Notes: a model not told the origin generated them from the sequence alone. 64,000 bases of DNA from Desulfomonilia bacterium (GCA_963664325.2 CAXXDQ010000007.1:576001-640000); one strand, 5' to 3'; positions 41,023 to 51,191 are shown, numbered from the stretch's first letter. Made by a program: numbers and translations.

Positions 41023-42249
41023 ATGAAAATACTGACCCTGAACTGCGGCAGCTCATCAATCAAATTCAAGATTTTTTCAATGCCTAAAGGCTCTGCTCTT
41101 ATAAAAGGGCAGGCTGACCGTATAGGACTGGATGATGCAAAAATACAATGGGAAGGCGAAGAGATCAAACATTGCAGCATCAGTTATAAACTTCACAGCC
41201 ACAAAGAGGCGCTCGAAATATTGCTCGGACTCAGGACGGCGGGAGGCGAAAAATCCCCTGTAAACACCGGTGACATAGCGGCTGTTGGGCATCGCGTTGT
41301 ACACGGTGGGGAGTTTTTCCACTCGTCAGTCGCCATCACCCCTGCCATACGCAGAACTCTGGAAGGCTGCAGAAATCTCGCCCCGCTGCATAATCCACAC
41401 AACCTCACAGGAATTGACGTCTGCGCAGCACTTATCCCGGATGTACCGCAGGTAGCGGTTTTTGATACGGCCTTTCACCAGAGCCTTCCTGATTTCGCAT
41501 ATACCTATGCCGTACCATACAGATTTTACGAGGAAAACCGAATCAGGAAATACGGATTTCATGGAACTTCGCATAGATATGTCGCAGAACGCGCAGCACA
41601 GATCCTGGGCAGGGACATTAAACAGCTTAGAATCATCACCGCGCACCTCGGCAACGGATCAAGCCTTTGTGCAGTTGGAAACGGGAAATCATGCGACACA
41701 TCGATGGGTTTCACACCGCTTTCAGGCGTTGTCATGGGAACCAGATGCGGTGACATTGATCCCGCATTCGTAGCCTATCTTATTAAAAATATGAACTTAC
41801 CCCTTGAAGAAGCAATGCGCATACTCAATTATGAAAGCGGAGTACTGGGGATTTCGGGCCTTTCATCGGATTTCAGGGACCTTTTTTCAGCTGCGGAAAC
41901 GGGCCATCAACGGGCGGCTCTTGCACTTAACGTCTTCGCATACAGTGTGGCAAGAGGGATCGGGTCTTTAATCCCTTCCATTAACGGCCTTGATGTTCTC
42001 GTGTTCACCGCTGGCATCGGCGAAAATTCTTATCAGATGCGCCAACTGATCTGCGGTTATCTGTCATGGCTGGGTATCTGTCTGGACCCGGCCAAGAACA
42101 TACAGGGAACGCCGGAACGAGATGTTTCCAGTCCTGAAACACAGGTACGGGTCCTCGTCATACCCACGGACGAGGAAAAAATAATTGCACAGGAAACCAT
42201 GAGCATCCTCACAAATGGAGGACAGCCAACATGTCAGGATGGATTTTGA
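41023..42249 (+). CDS. ackA: Acetate kinase
   Basis: LNCGSSSIK, GHRVVHGG, DTAFH, HLGNGSS, FTAGIGEN and PTDEE. Confidence 0.96.
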   Translation: MKILTLNCGSSSIKFKIFSMPKGSALIKGQADRIGLDDAKIQWEGEEIKHCSISYKLHSHKEALEILLGLRTAGGEKSPVNTGDIAAVGHRVVHGGEFFHSSVAITPAIRRTLEGCRNLAPLHNPHNLTGIDVCAALIPDVPQVAVFDTAFHQSLPDFAYTYAVPYRFYEENRIRKYGFHGTSHRYVAERAAQILGRDIKQLRIITAHLGNGSSLCAVGNGKSCDTSMGFTPLSGVVMGTRCGDIDPAFVAYLIKNMNLPLEEAMRILNYESGVLGISGLSSDFRDLFSAAETGHQRAALALNVFAYSVARGIGSLIPSINGLDVLVFTAGIGENSYQMRQLICGYLSWLGICLDPAKNIQGTPERDVSSPETQVRVLVIPTDEEKIIAQETMSILTNGGQPTCQDGF

Positions 42250-42310
42250 TGGCTTTGCTCAATCTCGCCAAGTGAAAAAAAAATAAAAATCAAGAATAGG
42301 AGGAATTAGG

Positions 42311-44050
42311 ATGAAAAAAGTTAAGATGACACCCAGCGAAGCAATTGTCGAAACACTGCTGGCCGAAGGTGTGGATCATGTATGCGGCATTGTGGGATCA
42401 GCCTTTATGGACATGCTGGACCTTTTCCCTGCAGCTGGAATAAAATTCTATCCTGTACGCCATGAACAGAGCGCAGCACACATGGAAGACGCATATTCCC
42501 GTATCACCGGGCGTGCCGGCGTCGTTACCGGCCAGAATGGGCCAGGCATCACCAATATGGTTACATCGGTAGCTGCAGCGAATATGGGACATACACCCCT
42601 TGTAGTCATCTCTCCGTCAGCAGGAACGCCTACAATCGGCTGGGACGGATTCCAGGAATGCGACCAGCTATCAGTATTCAAGGCCATTACCAAGGCTACA
42701 GTCCGCGTACCTCATCCCAAAAGGGCCGCCGACTGTCTGAGGACGGCGTTCAGGATTGCATATGCCGAAAGAGGCCCGGTGCTTTATGACATCCCAAGGG
42801 ATTATTTCTACGGAGAACTTGAAGAGACCATTTTGAAGCCGTCACAGTACAGAGTGGATGCCCGCGGATGCGGCTCAATCGAAAGCTTGGACAAGGCTGC
42901 CCAGCTTCTTTCAAAGGCGAAGAATCCGGTCATCGTTTCAGGCCGCGGCGTGGTCGACTCCAACGGACTTGATGTAATCAAAGCGATCGCCGAGCATCTT
43001 ACTGCACCAGTTGCCGTCACCTATCTTCACAACGACGCATTCTACGGCAATCATCCGATGTTCCTTGGTTCGATAGGATATATGGGATCAAAGGCGGCCA
43101 TGAAGACGCTCTCCAAGGCCGACGTAGTGCTTGCAGTCGGAACGCGCCTTTCGGTTTTCGGGACCCTGCCCCAGTATGACATCAATTATTTCCCGGATGC
43201 GGCAAAAATAATCCAGATCGACATCAACCCGCGCCACATAGCACGCACCCATCCGATTGAAGTGGGCATAATAGGCGATGCTAAGGAGGCGAGCTCTGAA
43301 ATTCTCAAACGGCTGAAAGCTTTGAACAAGGGACGCAAACCTGACGTCAAAAGGCTTGCCGCAATCGCCAAGGAAAAAGACATATGGGAAAAGGAAATCG
43401 TCAAGCTGGCCATGGTGAAGGGAAACCCCATCAACCCGAGAAGGGTTCTGCTCGAGATATCAAAGGCGCTGCCCAAAGACTGTATAGTGACGACCGACAT
43501 CGGCAACGTTTCATCAACGGCCAACAGCTATCTTAAATTCAACGGCGGACGCCAGCATATTGCGGCTCTTACCTTCGGTAACACCGGGTTCGCTTACCCG
43601 GCTGCTCTTGGCGCACAGATCGCAAAACCGAAATCGCCGGTCATCGCCATCATCGGAGATGGTGCCTGGGGCATGAGCCTTCACGAGGTAAGCACTGCCG
43701 TGGAACACAACCTGCCTGTCGTCGCATGCGTGTTCAGGAACACGTGGTGGGGGGCTGAGGCGAAAAACCAGATCGATTTTTATAACAACCGTTTCATAGG
43801 GGTTGACATCCCCAATCCGGAGAGCTTCGCGCCTGTTGCACAGGCAATGGGAGCCCAGGGAGTGCGCGTTGAGCGCGCCGAAGACATTAAGGATGCATTC
43901 CTCTCATGCATCAAGAGCCGCAAGCCTACAGTCCTCGAGTTCGTTGTCGACGGCATGCAGCTCGCCCCTCCGTTCAGAAAGGACGCACTGGCCCTGCCGA
44001 CAAGGTTCCTCAAAAAGTACGACTATCTCGATTACAGAAACTGGGATTGA
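42311..44050 (+). CDS. xsc: Sulfoacetaldehyde acetyltransferase (ThDP-dependent)
   Basis: [52 protein letters not shown] and PPFRKDAL are typical of Xsc. Confidence 0.92.
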   Translation: MKKVKMTPSEAIVETLLAEGVDHVCGIVGSAFMDMLDLFPAAGIKFYPVRHEQSAAHMEDAYSRITGRAGVVTGQNGPGITNMVTSVAAANMGHTPLVVISPSAGTPTIGWDGFQECDQLSVFKAITKATVRVPHPKRAADCLRTAFRIAYAERGPVLYDIPRDYFYGELEETILKPSQYRVDARGCGSIESLDKAAQLLSKAKNPVIVSGRGVVDSNGLDVIKAIAEHLTAPVAVTYLHNDAFYGNHPMFLGSIGYMGSKAAMKTLSKADVVLAVGTRLSVFGTLPQYDINYFPDAAKIIQIDINPRHIARTHPIEVGIIGDAKEASSEILKRLKALNKGRKPDVKRLAAIAKEKDIWEKEIVKLAMVKGNPINPRRVLLEISKALPKDCIVTTDIGNVSSTANSYLKFNGGRQHIAALTFGNTGFAYPAALGAQIAKPKSPVIAIIGDGAWGMSLHEVSTAVEHNLPVVACVFRNTWWGAEAKNQIDFYNNRFIGVDIPNPESFAPVAQAMGAQGVRVERAEDIKDAFLSCIKSRKPTVLEFVVDGMQLAPPFRKDALALPTRFLKKYDYLDYRNWD

Positions 44051-44088
44051 TGATTCCAGCAGATATCTTAAACGGCCGGTTATAAGAT

Positions 44089-44123
44089 AAAAAGCCGCTT
44101 CCTGATACAGGAAGCGGCTTTTT
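44089..44123. terminator. Bidirectional intrinsic terminator
   Basis: AAAAAGCCGCTTCCTG-ATA-CAGGAAGCGGCTTTTT between convergent genes. Confidence 0.85.
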
Positions 44124-44143
44124 CATATAGCAATGAAATTCTG

Positions 44144-46039
44144 TTATTCTTCCGTTACGCCTTTTAATATGCCTGGCTCGTCCGTCATTATGGCCTCGAC
44201 CTTCTTGTCATTGATGAGAGAGCGCATTGTTGCAGCGTCGTTTATTGTCCATGCATGGACCTTGAGCCCCAGATATCTGGCCTTTAGCATGAAAGGATCG
44301 TTTATGACGGTCACGTTGAGACCGCCGAGCGCAAACTCCAGCGGGACCTGCAGGACCTTTGCAGGCGGCTCGTATTTGCTGGCAAGCATCACGGAAAGCG
44401 GGGTCAGGAAGAAGCTGATGATCTCGGCCTGGCTGAATGATGTGATTACGTCAAGGCCTTTCAGCTCTATCTCATTTCTAACATCTGCAAGGGCAGCTGA
44501 ATCGAACGATTCGATGATGACATGATCCTTGATTCCGTGTGCATCTATCATATCGAGCAGCTTGTCCGACAGCCCCTCGTCGAGCTGCTTTATCTCGATT
44601 ACGCCAGGCGAATTCATAAGCGCAGGTTCATTGAGCACCTCTTCGAGGGTCGGTATCTGTATCCCATGTCCGCGGTAAGGGTATGACGCGCCACCGTCGG
44701 TTGTGAACCGGTAACCCGCATCCAGCTCCTTGACCTCGGCAAGCGTCATGTCATTAATGCTTCCCGTTCCGTCAGTACACCTGTCCACAGTCGTATCGTG
44801 TGAAACGACTATGTATCCGTCTTTGGTAAGCTGAAGGTCGAGTTCGTAACCGTCAGCGCCTTCGGCTATGCCGTTACGGAATGCCTCAAGCGTGTTTTCA
44901 GGCCTCAGGTCCGACCCGCCCCTGTGTGCGATGTTGAGGAACCCTGTGTCATTGCGCAGATATGTGTTGGTGACCGTGTCGCCTGAAGCTATGTCAGCCA
45001 TAACCTGCGACCAGTCCCAGGCAATGCTGTCGGGAGTGATGAAGTCGAATCCCTGTGTGTCAAGATCTTTCATCGGATTCAGGAAATAATTGACCTTGAA
45101 CGGGATGTAGAAAATCCTGTTCGCAATGGCGCCGTAGCCGTCTTCATGCGGTGTATCGCCCACCATAGCCAGGACCTTGCCGTCACCGTAAAGTTTCTTT
45201 ATTGTGCCTAGAGCGGCAGCCTTATATTCGTTGGTTTCAGCATAAGGAAGATCACTTTTTACAATGATGGGAATTGTCCTCAGGGTGCCCGCCTCGAAGT
45301 GATTTATCATCTGCTGCCTGCACAGCGCCCTGGTTTCGAGCGGCATGCCCGTGACAATAATGAAGTCTTTGCCTTCATCGCGAAGCTTTTTTACAGAAGG
45401 TACGACATACTCGTCAACAAGCGGCCAGTCGCCCTTGGTGAAGTTGAGGAAGTTTATGACATCGGTGATGCTGTTAAGCCCGCCGGTCGCGTGCAGGGTG
45501 TTATCATGATCCGAGACGACAATCTGCGGATTGGGCCTCGGGATACTGTCGAGATTCAATTCCACGCATAAAGAATTCTGGCTTCCCAGAACCCTGACAA
45601 GCCCCATGGTGTCAGAAACCGTTTTCCCGCCGGAGAACAGCACGTCAGCCCTGAGCTGGAGGTCAAGAGGCGCAGAGCAGAGAGCAAACCCCGTCAGCCA
45701 TTTTCTCAGGCCGTCAAGGGAGGCCTTTCCTTTGCTGTCTGTTATGACCGGCGCATCACCCAGTTGTATCCAGGCATCATCACCCGAACCGACAGGCCGG
45801 GCATAAAACTGAACCTGCATGCCGCTCAGTTTCTTGCCAAGGATAAACTTGAAGAAGGACTGCTTGTCCTTTTGTTCGATCTGATAGACCGTGGCATTGG
45901 GTGCGATTTCCGGTTCAGTGCTGTCACCGTTGCTGGTGATGCCGTCCGATACTACAATCTCTGTATTCTCAGGCGTCGGCAGACATCCCGAAATAATAAT
46001 GATGATTGTTAGAGACAGATAGATAAACAGTTTCTTCAT
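44144..46039 (-). CDS. Lipoprotein: HAD-type phosphatase domain fused to glycerophosphodiester phosphodiesterase
   Basis: Lipobox ISGC; HAD motifs SDHDNTL, VTG and VGDTPHED; GDPD motifs IAHRGG.....ENTL, ELDL, SHD and WTIND. Confidence 0.8.
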   Translation of the reverse strand: MKKLFIYLSLTIIIIISGCLPTPENTEIVVSDGITSNGDSTEPEIAPNATVYQIEQKDKQSFFKFILGKKLSGMQVQFYARPVGSGDDAWIQLGDAPVITDSKGKASLDGLRKWLTGFALCSAPLDLQLRADVLFSGGKTVSDTMGLVRVLGSQNSLCVELNLDSIPRPNPQIVVSDHDNTLHATGGLNSITDVINFLNFTKGDWPLVDEYVVPSVKKLRDEGKDFIIVTGMPLETRALCRQQMINHFEAGTLRTIPIIVKSDLPYAETNEYKAAALGTIKKLYGDGKVLAMVGDTPHEDGYGAIANRIFYIPFKVNYFLNPMKDLDTQGFDFITPDSIAWDWSQVMADIASGDTVTNTYLRNDTGFLNIAHRGGSDLRPENTLEAFRNGIAEGADGYELDLQLTKDGYIVVSHDTTVDRCTDGTGSINDMTLAEVKELDAGYRFTTDGGASYPYRGHGIQIPTLEEVLNEPALMNSPGVIEIKQLDEGLSDKLLDMIDAHGIKDHVIIESFDSAALADVRNEIELKGLDVITSFSQAEIISFFLTPLSVMLASKYEPPAKVLQVPLEFALGGLNVTVINDPFMLKARYLGLKVHAWTINDAATMRSLINDKKVEAIMTDEPGILKGVTEE

Positions 46040-46260
46040 AAACCCTCCTCAAATATAAAGTTTTACAGAAATGCTGCAAATTAAATACCATATATCTTGG
46101 CTTTTTTACAGCAATTTTTCATATATGAATTAATATCATGTTAAGAAGGTTTTATAAAAATCCATCGGGTTAATCATCGATCTTTAAAAATCTCAGAAAT
46201 GGCGAGATTTCAACCATGCTCAGAATATGGCCAAGCCCGGCCAATTCTCTGGATTATGTT

Positions 46261-47619
46261 TTATTCAACTTCGGCGTCTGCAACGAGCAGCGCCTTGTCA
46301 AATACCTCCACTGCAAAGTCGATTTCGTCCTTTGTAATGGTAAGGGGCGGCGCGAACATGATCACGCTTGCCACACCGGGCAGGCAGTAGACGCCGTTTT
46401 TCATCGCCTCGGCAAGCACCTTCATCTTGGCAGTAAGAGGTCTCGGCCCTTCGAACAGCATTTCATGCATCGGTTCTTTGGTTCTCCTGTTCTTGACAAG
46501 TTCAAGTCCGACAAAAAGCCCTTTGCCGCGGACGTCGCCGACACACGGATGTTTATCCATAAGTTCAAGCGCCTTTTCCATCAGGTATTCGCCCATTTTT
46601 GCGGCACGCTCTATCAGTCTGTCCTCCTTATAAGCCTCAATGGTTGCAACACCCGCTGCCATGGCAAGGGCATGGCCGCTGTACGTATGTCCGTGTACAT
46701 ATGGAACTTCTTCAAAAATTTTTGAATATTTTTCACTTACGCTTGTCGCACCCAGCGGTACATAACCTGATGTTATGCCTTTTGCCATGGTTATGACATC
46801 GGGAACCACATTCCAGTGCTCAATTGCAAACCATCTGCCGGTACGGCCGAAACCGACCATTACTTCATCCACCATCATTAGCATTTCATATTTGTCGCAG
46901 ATTTCACGTATCTTCTGCCAGTACCCGTCGGGCGGTACGATTATCCCGTTTGCCCCGACCACCGGTTCCGCGATAAAAGCTGCAATCCTTTTGGCGCCGC
47001 CCTCGAACCTGATGACATCCTCGACATGTTTTGCGCACTGCAGGTCGCAACCCGGATAGGTGATTCCAAAAGGACAGCGGTAACAGTAAGGGTCAAGACA
47101 GTGGACAACCCCGGGAATGGCAGGTTCGGTCGACCAGTTCCTGAAATCGTTTGTCAGCGCCATGGCCCCGTAAGTGGAACCGTGATAGCTCCTGAACCGG
47201 GCAATTATCTTCTGCTTGCCTGTTGCAAACCTGGCAACCTTTATGGCACCTTCATTCGCCTCGGCCCCGCTTGTTGAAAAAAAGGTCTTTTTAATGTCGC
47301 CGGGCGTCACCTCCGCAATCAGCCTTGCAAGTCTGGCCTTCGGCTCTGTGGCAAAAGAAGACGAGCACGCGGGCAGCCTTTCCGCCTGAGCCGAAATGGC
47401 CTTTACCACTCGGGGATCGGCATGTCCCAGATTGCTGAATACGAACATGGAGCTGAAATCCAGGTATTTTTTATCCGACGAATCCCAGAAATAATTACCG
47501 GATGCCCTGTCCACAATAACCGGGGTTACAGCCTTCTGGGCGACCCATGGATAAAGGACGTTCTCTTTTTCATATTTTCTTATGGCATCCGCATCAAGTC
47601 TTTCTTTAAATTCTGCCAT
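46261..47619 (-). CDS. Class III PLP aminotransferase, taurine transaminase (Toa/Tpa)-like
   Basis: YLDFSS, SGAEANE, RSYHGST, DEVMVGFGRTG, MAKG, and an N-terminal 'VLYPWVAQ' resembling taurine:2-oxoglutarate transaminases. Substrate is inferred. Confidence 0.8.
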   Translation of the reverse strand: MAEFKERLDADAIRKYEKENVLYPWVAQKAVTPVIVDRASGNYFWDSSDKKYLDFSSMFVFSNLGHADPRVVKAISAQAERLPACSSSFATEPKARLARLIAEVTPGDIKKTFFSTSGAEANEGAIKVARFATGKQKIIARFRSYHGSTYGAMALTNDFRNWSTEPAIPGVVHCLDPYCYRCPFGITYPGCDLQCAKHVEDVIRFEGGAKRIAAFIAEPVVGANGIIVPPDGYWQKIREICDKYEMLMMVDEVMVGFGRTGRWFAIEHWNVVPDVITMAKGITSGYVPLGATSVSEKYSKIFEEVPYVHGHTYSGHALAMAAGVATIEAYKEDRLIERAAKMGEYLMEKALELMDKHPCVGDVRGKGLFVGLELVKNRRTKEPMHEMLFEGPRPLTAKMKVLAEAMKNGVYCLPGVASVIMFAPPLTITKDEIDFAVEVFDKALLVADAEVE

Positions 47620-47625
47620 GAAATT

Positions 47626-49053
47626 CTAACTCCTTTTGATTCTTCTAATTATTTTAAGTACGACCGGTGTAGCCTTATCGATCAATGTCTGCTTTGAAGG
47701 ATCACTTTCAAGAGACGGCATCTTGCACTCAGGCCCATAGAGACCGAGCATCATTTTCATGACCTCGTTTTTGATAAGCTTCCTGAAAGGGATATTCGCT
47801 ATCATTCCATACATGGCCGCATTGCCCTTTACCGCCAGTTCGGGATGCGCCCTTACATGCTTCACTGCATCCGCAAGATCCTTCAGATAGACATCCGTTA
47901 TAGTTGAATGCCTCGGCGTAACCATGCAGTGAAGCGCGTTGGGATTCTGCAGCCTGTCGATAAGCCAGCCCTTTTCCTCCAGCATATCGCCCACGGCAAA
48001 TATATCCAAGTCCCTGTCAGTCGAGGTATAAGCAAAGACGCTCATCGCAGGCTTCCCGAGGACCTTGAGCCCGGGGATTGCCTCAACGCCTTTTTTAAGC
48101 TTAACAGTCGTTTCCATAATTGTTGCTGCTATAGCCTTATAGCCGTCAATTCCAAGCGCATTCATAGCCGCCCAGGCAGCTGCAATCGCTCCGCCGGGAC
48201 GCGTGCCGAGCATTGCAGGTGATGCAAACACCCCGCCCGGCCAGTCCGCGAATATGAAAAACTGGTGTTTCATATAGTTCATATCTTTATAAAGCAGTAC
48301 CGATGAGCCTTTTGCGCTGAAACCATACTTGTGGGAATCAGCCGATATCGAGGTTACACCCGGGACCCTGAAATCAAAAGGGTCGACATGCAGACCATTC
48401 ATTTCGATGAACGGAAGGAGGAACCCTCCCAGACAGGAGTCCACATGAAGAGGTATGTCATGTCTGAGAGCAATCTCTCCGAGTTCGTATATGGGATCAA
48501 TCACGCCATGGGGATATGAAGGCGCAGAACTCACGATCATGATTGTATTTCTGTTAATAAGCCTTTCCACCGCTTTTGCATCAACCCTCAGGTCTTTCCC
48601 CAGCGGGGCATGCACCATCTTGATACCGAAATATTTCGCAGCCTTTTCCCATGCGACGTGTATTGACACAGGCGCAATCATCTCAGGCCTGAACGGCAGG
48701 TAACGTTTTGATTTTGCATATTCACGGTATGTAACTACCGGGAGCAGGCAGCTCTCGGTGCCGCCCGAAGTCATGGTGCCGACAACCTTTTCATCACCGT
48801 TCAGAAGATTGGCCGCCATCTTGACAACCTCGGTTTCCATGCGCTTGAGGCTTTTGAATGCAATCGGATTGAGGGCGTTTTCGCTGAAATACATGCCATA
48901 GGCCTGCTTGAGAAAATCCGTATGTTCGTCACTCAGGTAGTAAACCAGGCTCCAGGTTTTGTTTTCGCGGAAGTTTGCATCTTCACCACTGAATCCCTTG
49001 AGCATTTCAAGAACCTTAGGCCTCTCGATGCCATGCTGCGGAATCCTGTCCAT
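47626..49053 (-). CDS. Sphingosine-1-phosphate lyase-like PLP enzyme
   Basis: TSGGTES, SAPSYPHGVIDPI, HVDSCLGGF, SISADSHKYG and GGVFASP..GTRPGG match the SPL/Dpl1 subfamily. Confidence 0.85.
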   Translation of the reverse strand: MDRIPQHGIERPKVLEMLKGFSGEDANFRENKTWSLVYYLSDEHTDFLKQAYGMYFSENALNPIAFKSLKRMETEVVKMAANLLNGDEKVVGTMTSGGTESCLLPVVTYREYAKSKRYLPFRPEMIAPVSIHVAWEKAAKYFGIKMVHAPLGKDLRVDAKAVERLINRNTIMIVSSAPSYPHGVIDPIYELGEIALRHDIPLHVDSCLGGFLLPFIEMNGLHVDPFDFRVPGVTSISADSHKYGFSAKGSSVLLYKDMNYMKHQFFIFADWPGGVFASPAMLGTRPGGAIAAAWAAMNALGIDGYKAIAATIMETTVKLKKGVEAIPGLKVLGKPAMSVFAYTSTDRDLDIFAVGDMLEEKGWLIDRLQNPNALHCMVTPRHSTITDVYLKDLADAVKHVRAHPELAVKGNAAMYGMIANIPFRKLIKNEVMKMMLGLYGPECKMPSLESDPSKQTLIDKATPVVLKIIRRIKRS

Positions 49054-49178
49054 ATCATCCCCCTAATGCCTAACCGGCCGATTTTATATGGTTTCAAAAA
49101 GGTGTTTTTGTTTAATCATACGGCTCAGCCTTTGTCCATAGTTTAATCTCGATATAATCCCGCAATTTGTGTTTATAA

Positions 49179-49220
49179 TTGATTCAAGTCAAATATTTTT
49201 TCCGGTTGATGCACTATATT
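49179..49220 (+). promoter_or_regulatory. FNR/CRP-family box with class II promoter geometry
   Basis: TTGAT-TCAA-GTCAA (49179-49192) is centred at -41.5 if TATATT (49215-49220) is the -10 element. Confidence 0.55.
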
Positions 49221-49248
49221 TTTTATAAACAATAAAAGGAGGCTCGGC

Positions 49249-49989
49249 ATGAAACACACAAGAAAGATTATCACTATCGACGAGGAAAAGTGTAACGGCT
49301 GCGGCCAGTGCTGCCTGGCATGCGCAGAAGGCGCTCTCAGGCTTGTCGACGGCAAAGCGAAACTCGTGGGTGATATATTTTGCGACGGACTTGGCGCATG
49401 CATCGGCGAATGTCCGGAAGGGGCATTAAAGATTATCAACAGGCCCGCTGATGACTTTGATGAAAAATCCGTCAGGCAGATGCAGAATATAAAAGCCGAA
49501 GATAAAAAACCCGAGGCTTTAGCCTGTGGGTGTCCATCGTCGGCCATGATGGAACTGAAGAAGACCCCGTGCCGTGAAGACATTGAGCCTGCAGGGGCAG
49601 CGGCCAGCCGGCTCGGGCACTGGCCGGTAAAACTCCAGCTCCTGGGCCCGCAGGCGCCGTTCTTGAAAAATAGCGACCTGGTGCTGCTGGCCGACTGCGT
49701 TGCAGTTGCATATCCATACCTGCACGGAAAGATACTGAAAGACCGCACCATTGCGATAGGCTGCCCCAAACTTGACAATATAGAAGCACACGTTGACAGA
49801 CTTGCACAGATTCTTAAAGGGGCCCGCCCGAAAAGCCTGACAGTAGTTCATATGGAAGTCCCGTGCTGCAGCGGGTTCCTCCATGCAGCAATCGAGGCCA
49901 TTGAGCGTTCCGGCGTGAAGATTCCCCTTAGGAAGATTATTATCAGCCGAAGTGGTGAAATACTGGCAGATGAAGAGCTCGCTCTTTAA
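49249..49989 (+). CDS. 2x[4Fe-4S] ferredoxin-domain iron-sulfur protein
   Basis: CNGCGQCCLAC, CDGLGACIGECP, GCPS, WPVKL, GCPKLD and MEVPCC. Confidence 0.85.
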   Translation: MKHTRKIITIDEEKCNGCGQCCLACAEGALRLVDGKAKLVGDIFCDGLGACIGECPEGALKIINRPADDFDEKSVRQMQNIKAEDKKPEALACGCPSSAMMELKKTPCREDIEPAGAAASRLGHWPVKLQLLGPQAPFLKNSDLVLLADCVAVAYPYLHGKILKDRTIAIGCPKLDNIEAHVDRLAQILKGARPKSLTVVHMEVPCCSGFLHAAIEAIERSGVKIPLRKIIISRSGEILADEELAL

Positions 49990-50160
49990 ACGGCCGCACA
50001 AGCCATAAAAAACTATCTTTCCTTCCGGGTATCAATTTCCCGGGCATAATCGCAGTTTAATGAGTCAATCATTGAATGTTTTCCAGCATTGCAGGAGAAC
50101 TATCAGGCAGGGGATTTTGGTGCAACAAAAAGCTAAGGATGCTATAAATGATGTACGATA

Positions 50161-50724
50161 ATGATTAATACAGATATGCCTTTTAATGACAGGGAGAATA
50201 TAGTGAAGGCAAAAACAATATTGATGCTGACAAGATGGTTCGTACCGTTCAGCATTACCATGCACAACATCGAAGAGGCCTTTACCCTTGACCCGTTCCT
50301 CCCTGTCATAAAAGAACGTCTTTCAAAATACGGCCACAAAGATATTGTCCCATCCTGGCCCCAGTACAGACTGGCCCTGATAACAGTCACCCTCATTCCC
50401 TTAGTTGTGGCCATCCTTCCGCTAAAGGCCGCAAGACGCCTTACCGTCATGCTCGTTGCCTCAACTACCATGCTCATAAATGTAATACCGCACCTTGCCG
50501 GTTTAATTATTTTCAAGCGGTATGTCCCTGGCCTGGCAAGTTCATTGCTTATCAATCTGCCTTCATCCATACTGTCAATCTTTCTTGCGTTCAGATCAGG
50601 TTTCTTGAATACAAGAAAAATGGCTGTCATCGCTGCTTTTGCAGCAATGCTGCATGGTCCAGGACTTTTATCGCTAATGGCCGCCTCAGGATTTTTAACC
50701 GGAAGATCTGAAACGGGGGAATAA
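50161..50724 (+). CDS. HXXEE domain membrane protein (start uncertain)
   Basis: MHNIEE, NVIPH and YVPGL motifs; hydrophobic. Confidence 0.75.
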   Translation: MINTDMPFNDRENIVKAKTILMLTRWFVPFSITMHNIEEAFTLDPFLPVIKERLSKYGHKDIVPSWPQYRLALITVTLIPLVVAILPLKAARRLTVMLVASTTMLINVIPHLAGLIIFKRYVPGLASSLLINLPSSILSIFLAFRSGFLNTRKMAVIAAFAAMLHGPGLLSLMAASGFLTGRSETGE

Positions 50725-51191
50725 TGGGAACAGAGATTGAACGCAAATTTCTTGTCAACGATATGACATGGAAACCTTCACGGAAAAGCCTTGATGTTAT
50801 CCAGGGCTATTTCCCGACCAACGGTTTTTCATTAAGGGTAAGAGTCCAGGACGACCGTGCCTTTCTGACTTTAAAAAAGAGCAAGTCGCAAATTTCCAGG
50901 CATGAATTCGAGTATGAGATACCTGCCGATGATGCCAGGGAGTTAATCGGGCTTTTCTGCGGAAGTGAAGTGATCGAGAAAACACGCCATCTAGTCGAAT
51001 ATAAAGGTTTCACATGGGAAGTGGACGAATTTCACGGCAGGAACGCCGGACTTGTCGTAGCAGAGCTCGAACTTGAAAATGAAGACCAGCCGTTTGAAAA
51101 ACCGTCATGGATAGGCGCAGAGGTTTCGCAGGATTCGAGATATCTCAATGCAAATCTGGCCAGGTGTCCATACAGCACATGGAAGAAATGA
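50724..51191 (+). CDS. CYTH domain (triphosphate tunnel metalloenzyme) protein
   Basis: EIERKFLV, QGY, EFEYEIP, EKTR and WEVDEF. Confidence 0.93.
   Translation: MGTEIERKFLVNDMTWKPSRKSLDVIQGYFPTNGFSLRVRVQDDRAFLTLKKSKSQISRHEFEYEIPADDARELIGLFCGSEVIEKTRHLVEYKGFTWEVDEFHGRNAGLVVAELELENEDQPFEKPSWIGAEVSQDSRYLNANLARCPYSTWKK

Noticed and set aside
42311-44050. Acetolactate synthase large subunit
   Set aside because: It has Xsc-type motifs (GSAFMD, GDGAWG, WGAExKNQ), lacks an ilvH neighbour and is adjacent to ackA and dsr.
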